Assembly (NCBI GenBank): GCA_963733915.1
Contig: CAVTEP010000003.1
Coordinates: 3,757-67,756 of the forward strand
Length of the DNA stretch: 64,000 nucleotides
Origin: Candidatus Sulfomarinibacteraceae bacterium
GTDB taxonomy: Bacteria > Acidobacteriota > Thermoanaerobaculia > Thermoanaerobaculales > Sulfomarinibacteraceae
Direction: 5' to 3'
Shown: positions 46,021 through 54,960 of the stretch, piece after piece
Position numbering within the stretch: position 1 is the stretch's first letter
How the letters are laid out: each line of letters begins with the position of its first letter
Translations under genes and position numbers: made by a program
The notes under the pieces: generated by a model
What the model was told of the DNA's origin: nothing
The model's input: the letters and a program-made list of their open reading frames with translations, nothing else
Database searches by the model: none

Positions 46021-46828
46021 CGCCGGTTATAGCCCCGAAGAGATGATGGTCGTGGCCGCGGCGCGGATGTTGGACCCTGACGATATCGTCTTCATCGGTA
46101 TCGGTCTGCCGAGCAAGGCGGCCAATCTCGCCCGCCAGACTCACGCTCCGAAGATCTCGATGATCTACGAGAGCGGGACTCTCGACACCAAGCCGTCGGT
46201 GCTGCCCCTGTCGATCGGGGACCCCGACCTCAGCCGCACCGCCAAGGCGGTGGTGTCGGTGCCCGAGATGTTCAACTACTGGTTGCAGGGTGGCTGGATC
46301 CGAACCGGATTTCTCGGCGCCGCCCAGATTGATCGCTTCGCCAATCTCAACACGACGGTCATTGGCGACTACCGTGCGCCCAAAGTGCGCCTTCCGGGGG
46401 CCGGTGGAGCGCCAGAGATCGCCTCGTTTTGCTTTCGGACCCTGATCATGCTCCGCCAGAACACGAAGAGCTTTGTCTCGAAGCTGGATTTCCTGACCTC
46501 GGCCGGCTTTCTCGAGGGCGGTGCCAGCCGGGACCGTCTGATGGTACCGGGTCGCGGCCCACAGGCGGTCATCACCGATCTCGGGGTTCTCACGCCCGAC
46601 GCTGAAAGCAAAGAGCTCGTGCTCACGAAGGTTCACCAAGGGGTAGAGGTGGCGAGGGTCGTCGACGCCACCGGGTGGCCGCTCCGGGTCGCGTCGACGG
46701 TCGACGAGACCGATCCCCCGACCGACCACGAGCTCGAAATCCTCAGGGAATTGAAGCCGTCGGAGGGTGCCGGTATCGCCAAGCTGGTCGAGGCGCGGCG
46801 TCGAGCCATCGAGCGGGAGACCGTATGA
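46013..46828 (+). CDS. family I CoA-transferase subunit B
   Basis: ORF 46013..46828; 8-nt overlap with subunit A gene; SMIYESGTLD region typical of beta subunits. Confidence 0.8.
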   Translation: MSDAGYSPEEMMVVAAARMLDPDDIVFIGIGLPSKAANLARQTHAPKISMIYESGTLDTKPSVLPLSIGDPDLSRTAKAVVSVPEMFNYWLQGGWIRTGFLGAAQIDRFANLNTTVIGDYRAPKVRLPGAGGAPEIASFCFRTLIMLRQNTKSFVSKLDFLTSAGFLEGGASRDRLMVPGRGPQAVITDLGVLTPDAESKELVLTKVHQGVEVARVVDATGWPLRVASTVDETDPPTDHELEILRELKPSEGAGIAKLVEARRRAIERETV

Positions 46829-48036
46829 CGAGTCATGAGGCCTTTCTCTGCGACGCCATTCGAACGCCCGTCGGCCGCTACGGTGGCAGTCTGGCGCAGG
46901 TCCGCACCGACGACCTTGCCGCGATTCCGATGCGGGTGCTTCTCGAACGCAACCCCGGAGTGGATCCGACGCTGATCGACGACGTGGTCTATGGCTGCGC
47001 CAACCAGGCCGGCGAGGACAATCGCAACGTGGCGCGGATGGCTCTGCTGCTCGCCGGCTTGCCGCCGGTGGTCACCGGGACCACCATCAACCGCCTCTGC
47101 GGCAGCGGTATGGACGCGATCGGGATCGCTGCCCGGGCCATCAAGTCCGGCGAGCACGAACTGGTCATCGCGGGAGGCGTCGAGTCCATGTCGCGAGCTC
47201 CCTTCGTCATGGCCAAGGCGACCACCGCCTTCAGCCGCCAGGCCGAGGTCTTCGACACCACCATCGGCTGGCGCTTTGTCAACGCGACCATGCAGAAACA
47301 GTACGGCATCGACTCGATGCCGGAGACCGCCGAAAACGTGGCTGAAGAATTCGGGATCTCCCGCGAGGACCAGGATCGTTTTGCGGCTTGGAGCCAGGCC
47401 AAAACGGCAGCGGCCATGGAGAACGGAATCCTTGCCGAAGAGACCACTCCGGTCGAGATTGAACGGCCCAAACAGGAGCCGCTCGTCGTACGTACCGACG
47501 AACACCCAAGACCCGGCACGACCGTCGAGCACCTTGCCAAGCTGAGAGCTCTTTTTCGTGCAAACGGTACCGTTACGGCCGGCAACGCATCGGGCGTCAA
47601 CGACGGCGCGTGCGCGCTGATGGTAGCTTCGGAAGAAGCCGCCGCGAAATGCGGCCTCAGACCGAGAGCGCGGGTGGTCGCGATGGCGGCCGCAGGAGTC
47701 GAGCCTCGAATCATGGGTTTCGCACCTGCTCCGGCGACCAGGAAACTGCTCGCACGGACCGGCCTGCGCCTCGACCAGATGGATGTCATCGAGTTCAACG
47801 AGGCCTTTGCGTCGCAGGCGCTGGCCGTCATACGGGACCTCGGTCTGAGCGACGACGATCCGCGGATCAACCCCAACGGCGGCGCGATCGCGCTTGGTCA
47901 CCCACTCGGAATGAGTGGTGCGCGACTGGTCACGACCGCGCTCTACCAACTCCAGCGCAGCGGCGGCAGGTTCGCGTTGTGCGCGATGTGTATCGGGGTC
48001 GGCCAGGGTATCGCCACCGTCATCGAGCGGGTCTGA
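46825..48036 (+). CDS. acetyl-CoA C-acyltransferase (thiolase, PcaF/PaaJ-like)
   Basis: frame of ORF 46675..48036, ATG 46825 (ATGA overlap); NRLCGSGMDAI, NASGVNDGA, GGAIALGHPLGMSGAR, CIGVGQGIA. Confidence 0.9.
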   Translation: MTSHEAFLCDAIRTPVGRYGGSLAQVRTDDLAAIPMRVLLERNPGVDPTLIDDVVYGCANQAGEDNRNVARMALLLAGLPPVVTGTTINRLCGSGMDAIGIAARAIKSGEHELVIAGGVESMSRAPFVMAKATTAFSRQAEVFDTTIGWRFVNATMQKQYGIDSMPETAENVAEEFGISREDQDRFAAWSQAKTAAAMENGILAEETTPVEIERPKQEPLVVRTDEHPRPGTTVEHLAKLRALFRANGTVTAGNASGVNDGACALMVASEEAAAKCGLRPRARVVAMAAAGVEPRIMGFAPAPATRKLLARTGLRLDQMDVIEFNEAFASQALAVIRDLGLSDDDPRINPNGGAIALGHPLGMSGARLVTTALYQLQRSGGRFALCAMCIGVGQGIATVIERV

Positions 48037-48039
48037 CAT

Positions 48040-48071
48040 CGTTAAACGTTTGAACGTTAAAACCTTAGAAC
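48040..48071. repeat. single AACGTT-type tandem-unit arm E12
   Basis: cgttaaacgtttgaacgttaaaaccttagaac, 4 nt after the thiolase stop; no core or partner arm. Confidence 0.65.
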
Positions 48072-48123
48072 TTTTCGGTGCTATCATCTTCCGACCGGCC
48101 ACAGATTCGGGAGGTGAGTGATC

Positions 48124-49542
48124 ATGACGACACCCATCAGCTTTTTCGAGCAGGTGAACATCAATTTCGAGCGCGCGGCCGCCTTGACCGAGTATTCGCG
48201 CGGTCTTCTCCGCCAGATCAAGGCCGTCAACAGCGTGATTCACTTCACCTTTCCGCTCAAACGCGACGATGGCAGCATCGAGGTCATACAGGCGTGGCGG
48301 GCTGAGCACAGCCACCACAAATTGCCCACCAAGGGCGGTATTCGCTACGCGGCGATGGTCAACGAGGACGAAGTCATGGCCCTCGCCGCCCTCATGACCT
48401 ACAAGTGCGCTATCGTCGACGTCCCGTTCGGGGGGGCCAAGGGCGGGGTGAAGATTTCCGCCCACGAGTACTCGCCCGCCGAGCTCGAGCGCGTCACCCG
48501 TCGCTTCACCTTCGAGCTCTTCACGAAGAACTTCATCGGACCCGGTCTCGATGTACCGGCGCCGGACTTCGGCACCGGATCGCGGGAGATGGCGTGGATA
48601 GCCGACACCTATGCCACTCTCGCCCCGCACGACATCGACGCCCTCGGCTGCGTCACGGCCAAGCCCGTCGCCCACGGCGGGATCGACGGTCGGACGGAGG
48701 CCACCGGACGCGGGATCTTCTATGCGCTGCGCGAAGTCTGCAGCCTGGGTGAGGACATGCGTCCGCTGGATCTCTCGCCCGGTCTCGAGGGCAAACGGGT
48801 GGTTGTCCAGGGCCTTGGAAACGTCGGCTACCACGCCGCAAAGTTCCTCGAGGAAGACGGAGGGGCGAAGATCGTCGGGCTCGTCGAGTATGAAGGGGCG
48901 ATCTCGAAACCCGGCGGCCTCCACATCGAGGATGTCATGGCCTACCGGCGCGAGACCGGTTCGCTGCTGAATTTTCCGGGAGCGGAAAACCTCGAAAACC
49001 GTGATGTCGGGCTCGAACTCGACTGCGACATCTTGATTCCGGCAGCGCTCGAAAACGCGATCACCATGGAGAACGCACCGCGCATCAAAGCGAGAATCAT
49101 CGGTGAAGCGGCCAACGGTCCGGTCACAGCGGACGCGAGCCAGCAACTGGCCGAGCGCGGCGTGATGGTTGTGCCCGACGCATTCATCAACGCGGGCGGG
49201 GTCACCGTCTCCTATTTCGAATGGCTCAAAAACCTCCAACACGTCCGTTTCGGACGGATGGAGAAACGCTTCGAAGAGAATTCAGCCCGCCAGATTCTGA
49301 ACGCCATCGAGCACGCCACCGGCACCTCGTTCAGCGCCAGCGAGATCAGCCTCTTCGCTCACGGCGCCGACGAGATCGACCTGGTCAACTCGGGCCTCGA
49401 GGAAACCATGATCAAGGCCTACCACGAGATCCGGGAGATCAAGAAGAGCCGTGGCAACGGCATCGATCTCCGCACCGCATCGATGGTCAGCGCGATCGAC
49501 AAGATCGCGCTCGCCTATCTGGATCGAGGAATCTTCCCCTAA
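48124..49542 (+). CDS. gdh: Glu/Leu/Phe/Val dehydrogenase family, glutamate dehydrogenase-like
   Basis: ORF 48118..49542; ATG 48124 behind GGAGGTG; KGGIRY, VDVPFGGAKGGV, GLGNVGYHAAKFL. Confidence 0.9.
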   Translation: MTTPISFFEQVNINFERAAALTEYSRGLLRQIKAVNSVIHFTFPLKRDDGSIEVIQAWRAEHSHHKLPTKGGIRYAAMVNEDEVMALAALMTYKCAIVDVPFGGAKGGVKISAHEYSPAELERVTRRFTFELFTKNFIGPGLDVPAPDFGTGSREMAWIADTYATLAPHDIDALGCVTAKPVAHGGIDGRTEATGRGIFYALREVCSLGEDMRPLDLSPGLEGKRVVVQGLGNVGYHAAKFLEEDGGAKIVGLVEYEGAISKPGGLHIEDVMAYRRETGSLLNFPGAENLENRDVGLELDCDILIPAALENAITMENAPRIKARIIGEAANGPVTADASQQLAERGVMVVPDAFINAGGVTVSYFEWLKNLQHVRFGRMEKRFEENSARQILNAIEHATGTSFSASEISLFAHGADEIDLVNSGLEETMIKAYHEIREIKKSRGNGIDLRTASMVSAIDKIALAYLDRGIFP

Positions 49543-49673
49543 CCCACCACCCGTCTGGATAGAGGGCACCGGGCACGGAGTTCAGGTCCCACCCGCCCAG
49601 CATCTCTTGGTCCTGCACCCTCTGTCCTGCGCCCTGTACCCTGCATCCTGTATCCGGGTGTATCGGTGGGCGG
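49543..49673. repeat. tandem-unit hairpin element E13 filling the whole stop-to-stop gap
   Basis: cccaccacccg 49543-49553; left arm ggatagagggcaccgggcacggagttcaggtcc 49557-49589; cacccgccc 49590-49598; right arm ggtcctgcaccctctgtcctgcgccctgtaccctgcatcctgtatcc 49609-49655; cggtgggcgg 49664-49673. Confidence 0.8.
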
Positions 49674-50276
49674 TTATTCCCCGAGGTCGAAGGGGATCCT
49701 GATCTCGCTTTCGGGCTGGTCGATCCCGAGAGTCCACCGTCCGGCCTGAATACCACCCGGAATCTTGAAGAAGAGGCGGCCGAAGCAGGCCCGCTTGTCG
49801 TTGACCGAGACCTCATCAAAGGAGACGCCCTGTCCAGGTGCGACAAAGAACTGAATCGAGCATTCGACTCGGCTCTGCGGGAAGTAATCCAGCGGATCGC
49901 GATCGACGCCCGCCGCCGCGATCATCGGCCGCAGAGCTCCGTACGCTTCGTTGAACTCAGCCTGGGTCGGCAGGTGCACGGTCGCGCCGCTTGGCGAGCG
50001 CACGAATACATCTTTCCGAGTCACCTTAGCGACCTGACCGGCGGGCGAACTCAGACCGATTTCTAGGATCATCCACTCTTCGCCCAGCTTTGAGTTGGTG
50101 AATCGGTAGCCGAGCACGGTCCACAGCTCCGGCCCAGACTGCTGGAGGACGTACTGACCGAGCCTCTCCACGCCCGGAGTGTCAGTCGGGGTGGCGGTGG
50201 AGCACCCGTTGATGGTCACGACGATCAGCAGCAGCGCCGTCATGGTCAGGATCGATTTCAGAATGGTCGGTTTCAT
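49674..50276 (-). CDS. hypothetical lipoprotein
   Basis: ORF 49674..50948 trimmed to MKPTILKSILTMTALLLIVVTINGC lipobox (ATG 50276); upstream part of the long ORF is antisense to ilvE and not protein-like. Confidence 0.6.
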   Translation of the reverse strand: MKPTILKSILTMTALLLIVVTINGCSTATPTDTPGVERLGQYVLQQSGPELWTVLGYRFTNSKLGEEWMILEIGLSSPAGQVAKVTRKDVFVRSPSGATVHLPTQAEFNEAYGALRPMIAAAGVDRDPLDYFPQSRVECSIQFFVAPGQGVSFDEVSVNDKRACFGRLFFKIPGGIQAGRWTLGIDQPESEIRIPFDLGE

Positions 50277-50561
50277 TGTTTCCCCTTTCGCTTGTCCAAT
50301 ACTCTGTAATAAGCAATCTCGGTGCCAGTTTTTCGCGGCGGCGGGCGGCCCGAGCCGAATCCGCGACGTCCACGCACGATGACACTTTCGTGTAACACGG
50401 ACCGTGGGTGGCACATTCTCGCTCAAACCGGGGCCGGCGTCGAGTGGCGCGAACGGCCCGGGACCGGTTATCCTGTGGCGGGTGTCCCGTCTCGGCCTGC
50501 GCCGGCCCGGCACGCTGAGACCAAGGTCACCCGCCAGCCCGCCCGGCGATCGGAGGTACGC

Positions 50562-51614
50562 ATGGAGAAACCGCGCTACTACTTCACGGGAGAGCGTGAC
50601 ACGGTCGAGCTCGGTTTCTCGAGCCTCGGTTTTGACTACCTCGCCTGTCCCTACCGCTTCGAGGCGGTCTTCACTCACGGAGTCTGGCGGGTCCGCGGGA
50701 TCGTCGAAGACAACACAACGTACCTCCCAGAAGGCAGTCAGTGCCTGCACTACGGTCAACAGCTCTTTGAAGGCATGAAGGTTCAGCGGGGCCCAGACGG
50801 CAGGATCTACGCCTTTCGCCCTCTCGAAAACGCTCGCCGGCTCAACGAGGGCACGCGTTGTCTTCATGGTCCGGAGGTTCCGGAGGCGTTGTTCATGCGC
50901 GGCATCGAGGAAGTGGTCGCTGCTAATCATCCCTACGTGCCCCCGCATGCCAGCGGCGCCTCCCTGTATCTGCGCCCGATGTACCTCGGATTTGGAGACA
51001 ATATCGGTGTCAAGCCGGCGACCCGCTACTTATTTCGGATCTTCGTCAGCCCGGTCGGGCCGTACTACAAGGGAGGATTCGGGCCGGATCAGGGGAAGTC
51101 CTTCGTGGTCAGCAAATACGACCGTGCAGCGCCGCACGGAACCGGGCACATCAAGGCCGGCGGCAACTATGCCGCCTCCTTCCACCCGGGCGCCGAGGCC
51201 AAGGCGGCGGGTTTCGTGGATGCCATCTACCTCGACCCTGTCGAGCATCGCTATATCGAGGAAATCGGTGCCGCCAACTTCCTCGCCTTCAAGGGCGACA
51301 CGCTGATCACGCCCAAATCGTCGAGCATTCTCCGCTCGGTCACCCGCGTCTCGTTGCTCGAGATCGCCTCCGGCATCCTCGGCTGGCCGACCGAGGAGCG
51401 AAAGATCGCACTCGACGAGCTTGACGAGGTGTCCGCCGCGGCGTGCTGTGGAACTGCAGCGGTCTTGTGCTGGGTGTCGAAAATCACCGACGGCGATCGT
51501 ATGTGGGAGTTCTCATTCGACGATCGCTGGCGCCAGCTGTACGACGAGCTGATCGGCATTCAAACCGCAACCCGTGACGACCCCTTCAATTGGCGCTACA
51601 GAATCGAAGTATGA
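50562..51614 (+). CDS. ilvE: branched-chain amino acid aminotransferase (class IV)
   Basis: frame of ORF 50322..51614, ATG 50562 behind GGAGG; LFEGMKVQRGPDGRIYAFRP, KAGGNYAAS, EEIGAANF. Confidence 0.85.
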   Translation: MEKPRYYFTGERDTVELGFSSLGFDYLACPYRFEAVFTHGVWRVRGIVEDNTTYLPEGSQCLHYGQQLFEGMKVQRGPDGRIYAFRPLENARRLNEGTRCLHGPEVPEALFMRGIEEVVAANHPYVPPHASGASLYLRPMYLGFGDNIGVKPATRYLFRIFVSPVGPYYKGGFGPDQGKSFVVSKYDRAAPHGTGHIKAGGNYAASFHPGAEAKAAGFVDAIYLDPVEHRYIEEIGAANFLAFKGDTLITPKSSSILRSVTRVSLLEIASGILGWPTEERKIALDELDEVSAAACCGTAAVLCWVSKITDGDRMWEFSFDDRWRQLYDELIGIQTATRDDPFNWRYRIEV

Positions 51615-51623
51615 TCCACGACC

Positions 51624-51971
51624 TCAGGGCGAGGTTTGCAGGGCGGCGATAGCCTCGGTCCGATCCTCGAAAATCAAGAAGATCTCATCCAGTCGCGTGA
51701 GGCGGAGGAGGCTGAGGATGCGTTGGTGCGGACGATACAGGCCCAACCGACGACCCTCCTTCTCGAATCGCTGAAGGTAACCCACGAGCTCACCAAGTCC
51801 GGTAGAGTCCACACTGTCGATCTCCGACATGTCGACCAGTACCGCCGGCACGCCCGCGCTGAGCAGGCTGCCGAGAAACGAAGAGAACTGGCGCGCCGAC
51901 TCGCCGAAATTGATGACTCCACGCACCGCGACCACGGTAACGCCGTTCTCTTCCGACCGTTCGATTTCCAT
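51624..51971 (-). CDS. STAS-domain anti-sigma-factor antagonist
   Basis: ORF 51624..52169 trimmed to MEIERSEENGVTVVAVRG; VLVDMSEIDSVDSTGLGELV; alternative start 51998. Confidence 0.8.
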   Translation of the reverse strand: MEIERSEENGVTVVAVRGVINFGESARQFSSFLGSLLSAGVPAVLVDMSEIDSVDSTGLGELVGYLQRFEKEGRRLGLYRPHQRILSLLRLTRLDEIFLIFEDRTEAIAALQTSP

Positions 51972-52074
51972 CTGAGTCCCCTTGTATCCGGCGCCCATTG
52001 TAGAGGTCGATTCACGATCTAGGCAAGCTGCAACCGGTAATCGATCCACATCAACGAGGCCGAGCCTCAGGTAT

Positions 52075-52548
52075 TCAAAACGGCCACCACCATGGTCCCG
52101 CAGATTTCGGGTCAACCATGTCCGGATCTTTGGATGAAGCCTCCAGTGCGCGCTGCCGCTCGCCGGCATCCCGTTCGATCAGCAGGCAGCCGGAGCGCTC
52201 GACGTCGGCGAGCATCTCGGGGGCCGAGTTGAGGATCACGACGTCCACGTACCGCCCTTCGGGCAAGGCCTGGGCGACCGCCTCGGAGACCAGATCGAGG
52301 GCCGCTCGTAGCGATTTCATCGCCGCCGGCATCAACCACACGAAGAGCACCAGACCCGGCACGTCCCGTCCGCCCTCGATTTCGACCTCTGCGAGATGGG
52401 CAAAGGAGACGTCGGGGCAGACTTGCAGACGCCCGCGAAGCCTCTCGAGGGTTTCCGAGCTAAAGGGACGGCTTGGGCGGGATATTCGAATACCATTTTC
52501 GGCGGGTGCCATCCCGGCATCATATCCTCCGACCAGGCGGGGGTCCAC
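52075..52548 (-). CDS. hypothetical protein (weak resemblance to SseB C-terminal-type domains)
   Basis: ORF 52075..52548; codon bias looks coding; no motif I can name with confidence. Confidence 0.45.
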   Translation of the reverse strand: MDPRLVGGYDAGMAPAENGIRISRPSRPFSSETLERLRGRLQVCPDVSFAHLAEVEIEGGRDVPGLVLFVWLMPAAMKSLRAALDLVSEAVAQALPEGRYVDVVILNSAPEMLADVERSGCLLIERDAGERQRALEASSKDPDMVDPKSAGPWWWPF

Positions 52549-52584
52549 GCAATAGGCGCTGACAATACATCAGAGCAGGCTGTT

Positions 52585-52758
52585 CAAGCCCGAGCCCGTT
52601 ACCGTTGCCGAAGATTGGGGTTCTTCTCAGGGATCGACCACTACGAAATAGAGCGCAATCTGGTACACGTCGAGCTTCTCGAAGTCGAAGAACATGAAAA
52701 TTTCCTTCTCAGGAGGCGTATGGTATCGGTAACGGCAACGGTAACGGGCTCGGGCTTG
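52585..52758. repeat. element E14: perfect 26-nt inverted repeat built of hexamer units, enclosing a four-helix-bundle gene stub
   Basis: caagcccgagcccgttaccgttgccg 52585-52610 and cggcaacggtaacgggctcgggcttg 52733-52758 (exact reverse complements), extra cggtaa unit 52727-52732. Confidence 0.9.
52627..52695 (-). pseudogene. 22-codon N-terminal stub of a four-helix-bundle (PF05635-like) gene
   Basis: GAAGGAAA then ATG at 52695; MFFDFEKLDVYQIALYFVVVDP stop; matches family N-terminal pattern F-x-x-L-x-V-W/Y-Q-x-A; stop lies 16 nt from the left arm. Confidence 0.55.
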
Positions 52759-52888
52759 GGACGGACAAAGAGCGTCAGCTGAGCCTGGCCGCTCTTGCCG
52801 AACGCTCGCCAACGCGCCTATGAGCGCCAACTGCTTCCACGCAGCACTACCGATAGACCTTCGCGCTGATTCCAGATAGGGTTGATTC

Positions 52889-53839
52889 GTGTTCACCCGA
52901 ATCGTGCAATCTGCCTTCTCGATTCTTCTTCTCCTGTCGACTTCCGCGGCGGGCGACGACTTCGAGTCGGCCCTCGAGAGCGCCCGCGAGGCGGCGCGCA
53001 CTCACCGCTACACCGACGTCATCGAGCTCCTGACACCTTTCAATGTTGCCAGCGACCCTGAGATTCAGTACATCACCGCCGCTGAAATCGGCAGGGCCTA
53101 CTTTCACCTCGGGGAGTACCAGCTCGCCCACCGGGCATTCAGGCAAGCCGTCCGGCTCCACCCCGAGCTGGTCGAAACCGCGGTCTACCTCGAGGCAACT
53201 TCGTACCTCATCGGCGACAAGGAACAGTCCTTTGCAATTCTCAACGGACTCCTCCAGGCCGGCGCCCGCGACCTCTACCTTGCTATGACCTTGCCCGGAG
53301 AACGCCGGTTTCTGGGCGAGCCCGAGGTCCAATCGATTCTCGATCGTCACGCCGTACCACTCGAGTTGGAGCTGGAAAGCGGCGCCATTCTCGGCGTAGC
53401 CCTCGGCGACGACCGAGTAACTACTGTGGACACGCTGGCAGCCGGGTCCGCGGACCCCAATGCGCCGGTTCTCACTGCGAGCGCCGGGCCGGCGATGATT
53501 TGGGCGTTCGTGTTCGATACCGACCTGCGGCTCGTGGAGATCATCATCCAGGCCGAGAACCTCGTTCGTTACACACCGTACCGGTTGCAGTTGGGTCCAA
53601 GAATCGACTGGCGAAGCACCCCCGCCTCGGTCATCGCAAGCTGGGGCCAGCCAGCCAGGACCTCCGTAGGCGATGATGGCGGAATCCTGATGACCTGGAC
53701 CTACGGGGACTACGACCTGAGCCTCGATTTTGCCAAGCCCAGAGAGCCCAGACCGCCAGGAATCTCCAACGGCGCGGCAATGCTGCGTTCAGTCCATCTC
53801 GAGAGTCGCGCTGCCCACGCAGCTGATAGTATGAACTGA
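52889..53839 (+). CDS. secreted TPR-repeat protein
   Basis: ORF 52889..53839 (GTG start); signal peptide; TPR-like helices AAEIGRAYFHLGEYQLAHRAFRQAVRLHP. Confidence 0.6.
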   Translation: MFTRIVQSAFSILLLLSTSAAGDDFESALESAREAARTHRYTDVIELLTPFNVASDPEIQYITAAEIGRAYFHLGEYQLAHRAFRQAVRLHPELVETAVYLEATSYLIGDKEQSFAILNGLLQAGARDLYLAMTLPGERRFLGEPEVQSILDRHAVPLELELESGAILGVALGDDRVTTVDTLAAGSADPNAPVLTASAGPAMIWAFVFDTDLRLVEIIIQAENLVRYTPYRLQLGPRIDWRSTPASVIASWGQPARTSVGDDGGILMTWTYGDYDLSLDFAKPREPRPPGISNGAAMLRSVHLESRAAHAADSMN

Positions 53840-54414
53840 TGAACGGCATCACTCCGTCGCTTGCCGGCCACCTCTTGATCGCAATGCCGAATCTCGCCGA
53901 CCCCAACTTCTGGCAGTCGGTGGTGCTTCTCGGTGTCCACTCCGATCAGGAAGGAGCGTTCGGCCTGATCATCAACCGTGTACTCGATATCGATATGCAC
54001 GATGTTTTGAAGGAGCTCGGAGAAAACGACGAGATATCGGAGCTTCCGGAGGTCTTTGCGGGTGGCCCGGTGCAGCCGAGCCACGGATTCGTGCTTTTCG
54101 AGCGCGGTCAACACGAGGTTGCCGACGACGAGATAGCAATTGCAGACTCGATCGTCGTGTCAGGGAGCACCGCCACACTGGCTCGACTCGCCAGCGGTGC
54201 AGACACCAACCGTTTCGTCCTGTTGTTGGGCTACTCGGGTTGGTACCCGGGCCAACTCGAGCGCGAAATCGAAGAGAACTCCTGGGTTGTCGCTCCCCTT
54301 GATACTTCAATTGTCTTCGAGGTGCCTGTCGAGGAACGATGGTCGGCGGCACTGAGATCGATCGGCATCGAGCCCGGGACCCTTGTCGACACCGGTTCCA
54401 TGGAACCGAGCTGA
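53839..54414 (+). CDS. YqgE/AlgH family protein (UPF0301)
   Basis: ORF 53839..54414; LLIAMPNLADPNFWQSVVLL..HSDQEGAFGLIINR, LLGYSGWYPGQLERE. Confidence 0.85.
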   Translation: MNGITPSLAGHLLIAMPNLADPNFWQSVVLLGVHSDQEGAFGLIINRVLDIDMHDVLKELGENDEISELPEVFAGGPVQPSHGFVLFERGQHEVADDEIAIADSIVVSGSTATLARLASGADTNRFVLLLGYSGWYPGQLEREIEENSWVVAPLDTSIVFEVPVEERWSAALRSIGIEPGTLVDTGSMEPS

Positions 54415-54665
54415 GCAATTCTCACCGCGTCGCTGGGTGATACCTGAACACGCGGGCGTTGGAAAACGGCCAGCTCATAACCAGACCCGCAACTCTACTC
54501 AGGGGCCGAAGCGAAGAGTGCGAGACGTCGTGCGATGTGGCGATTTCGCGGTGTGAGCGAGGGAGGCTTACTCGGAGCGTACGTCACACCGAGCGAACAC
54601 AAGAAAGCGCCGCAGCGTGCGGCGTACCGCGCTCTGCAGCCGGCCCCTGAGGAAAGATGCGGGTC

Positions 54666-54693
54666 AAGAAAAGCCCGGCCGGTTGGCCGGGCT
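54666..54693 (-). terminator. intrinsic terminator candidate (minus strand)
   Basis: agcccggcc ggtt ggccgggct with aagaaaa on the plus strand, i.e. stem-loop followed by UUUUCUU on the minus strand. Confidence 0.6.
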
Positions 54694-54756
54694 GATATTC
54701 GAATCGGGAGGGCTGGTTCCGCCAAAACGGTAGGATCAAAACGATGGGATGATCTT

Positions 54757-54784
54757 GGCTGGCCTTAAAAGGTTGGCCTATTTT
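54757..54784 (+). terminator. weak intrinsic terminator candidate (plus strand)
   Basis: ggctggcc ttaaaa ggttggcc tatttt; stem needs three G-U pairs. Confidence 0.35.
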
Positions 54785-54960
54785 GAGGTAGGTCTCAAGG
54801 TGGTCAGCTTCCCCAGGCCCCTCCCTTTCTCAATTGATGGCTCATCGTAGCATGTGCTTGTCTCGTTGTCTAGCGTTAATCTCGACAATACATGGATTTG
54901 TGCCGATGAGTTCAGAAAGGTCACCCGACGTCGCCGAAAGGCCAGGGGCCCAGAACGCGT

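Noticed and set aside
54415-54960. RNase P RNA, tmRNA, SRP RNA or 6S RNA in the large gene-free region
   Set aside because: Only a partial GAGGAAAG match is present, without the rest of the RNase P P4 consensus. There is no tRNA-like 3' end or tag reading frame for tmRNA, and no SRP GGAA/AGCA domain motif. The region is left as an unassigned candidate.
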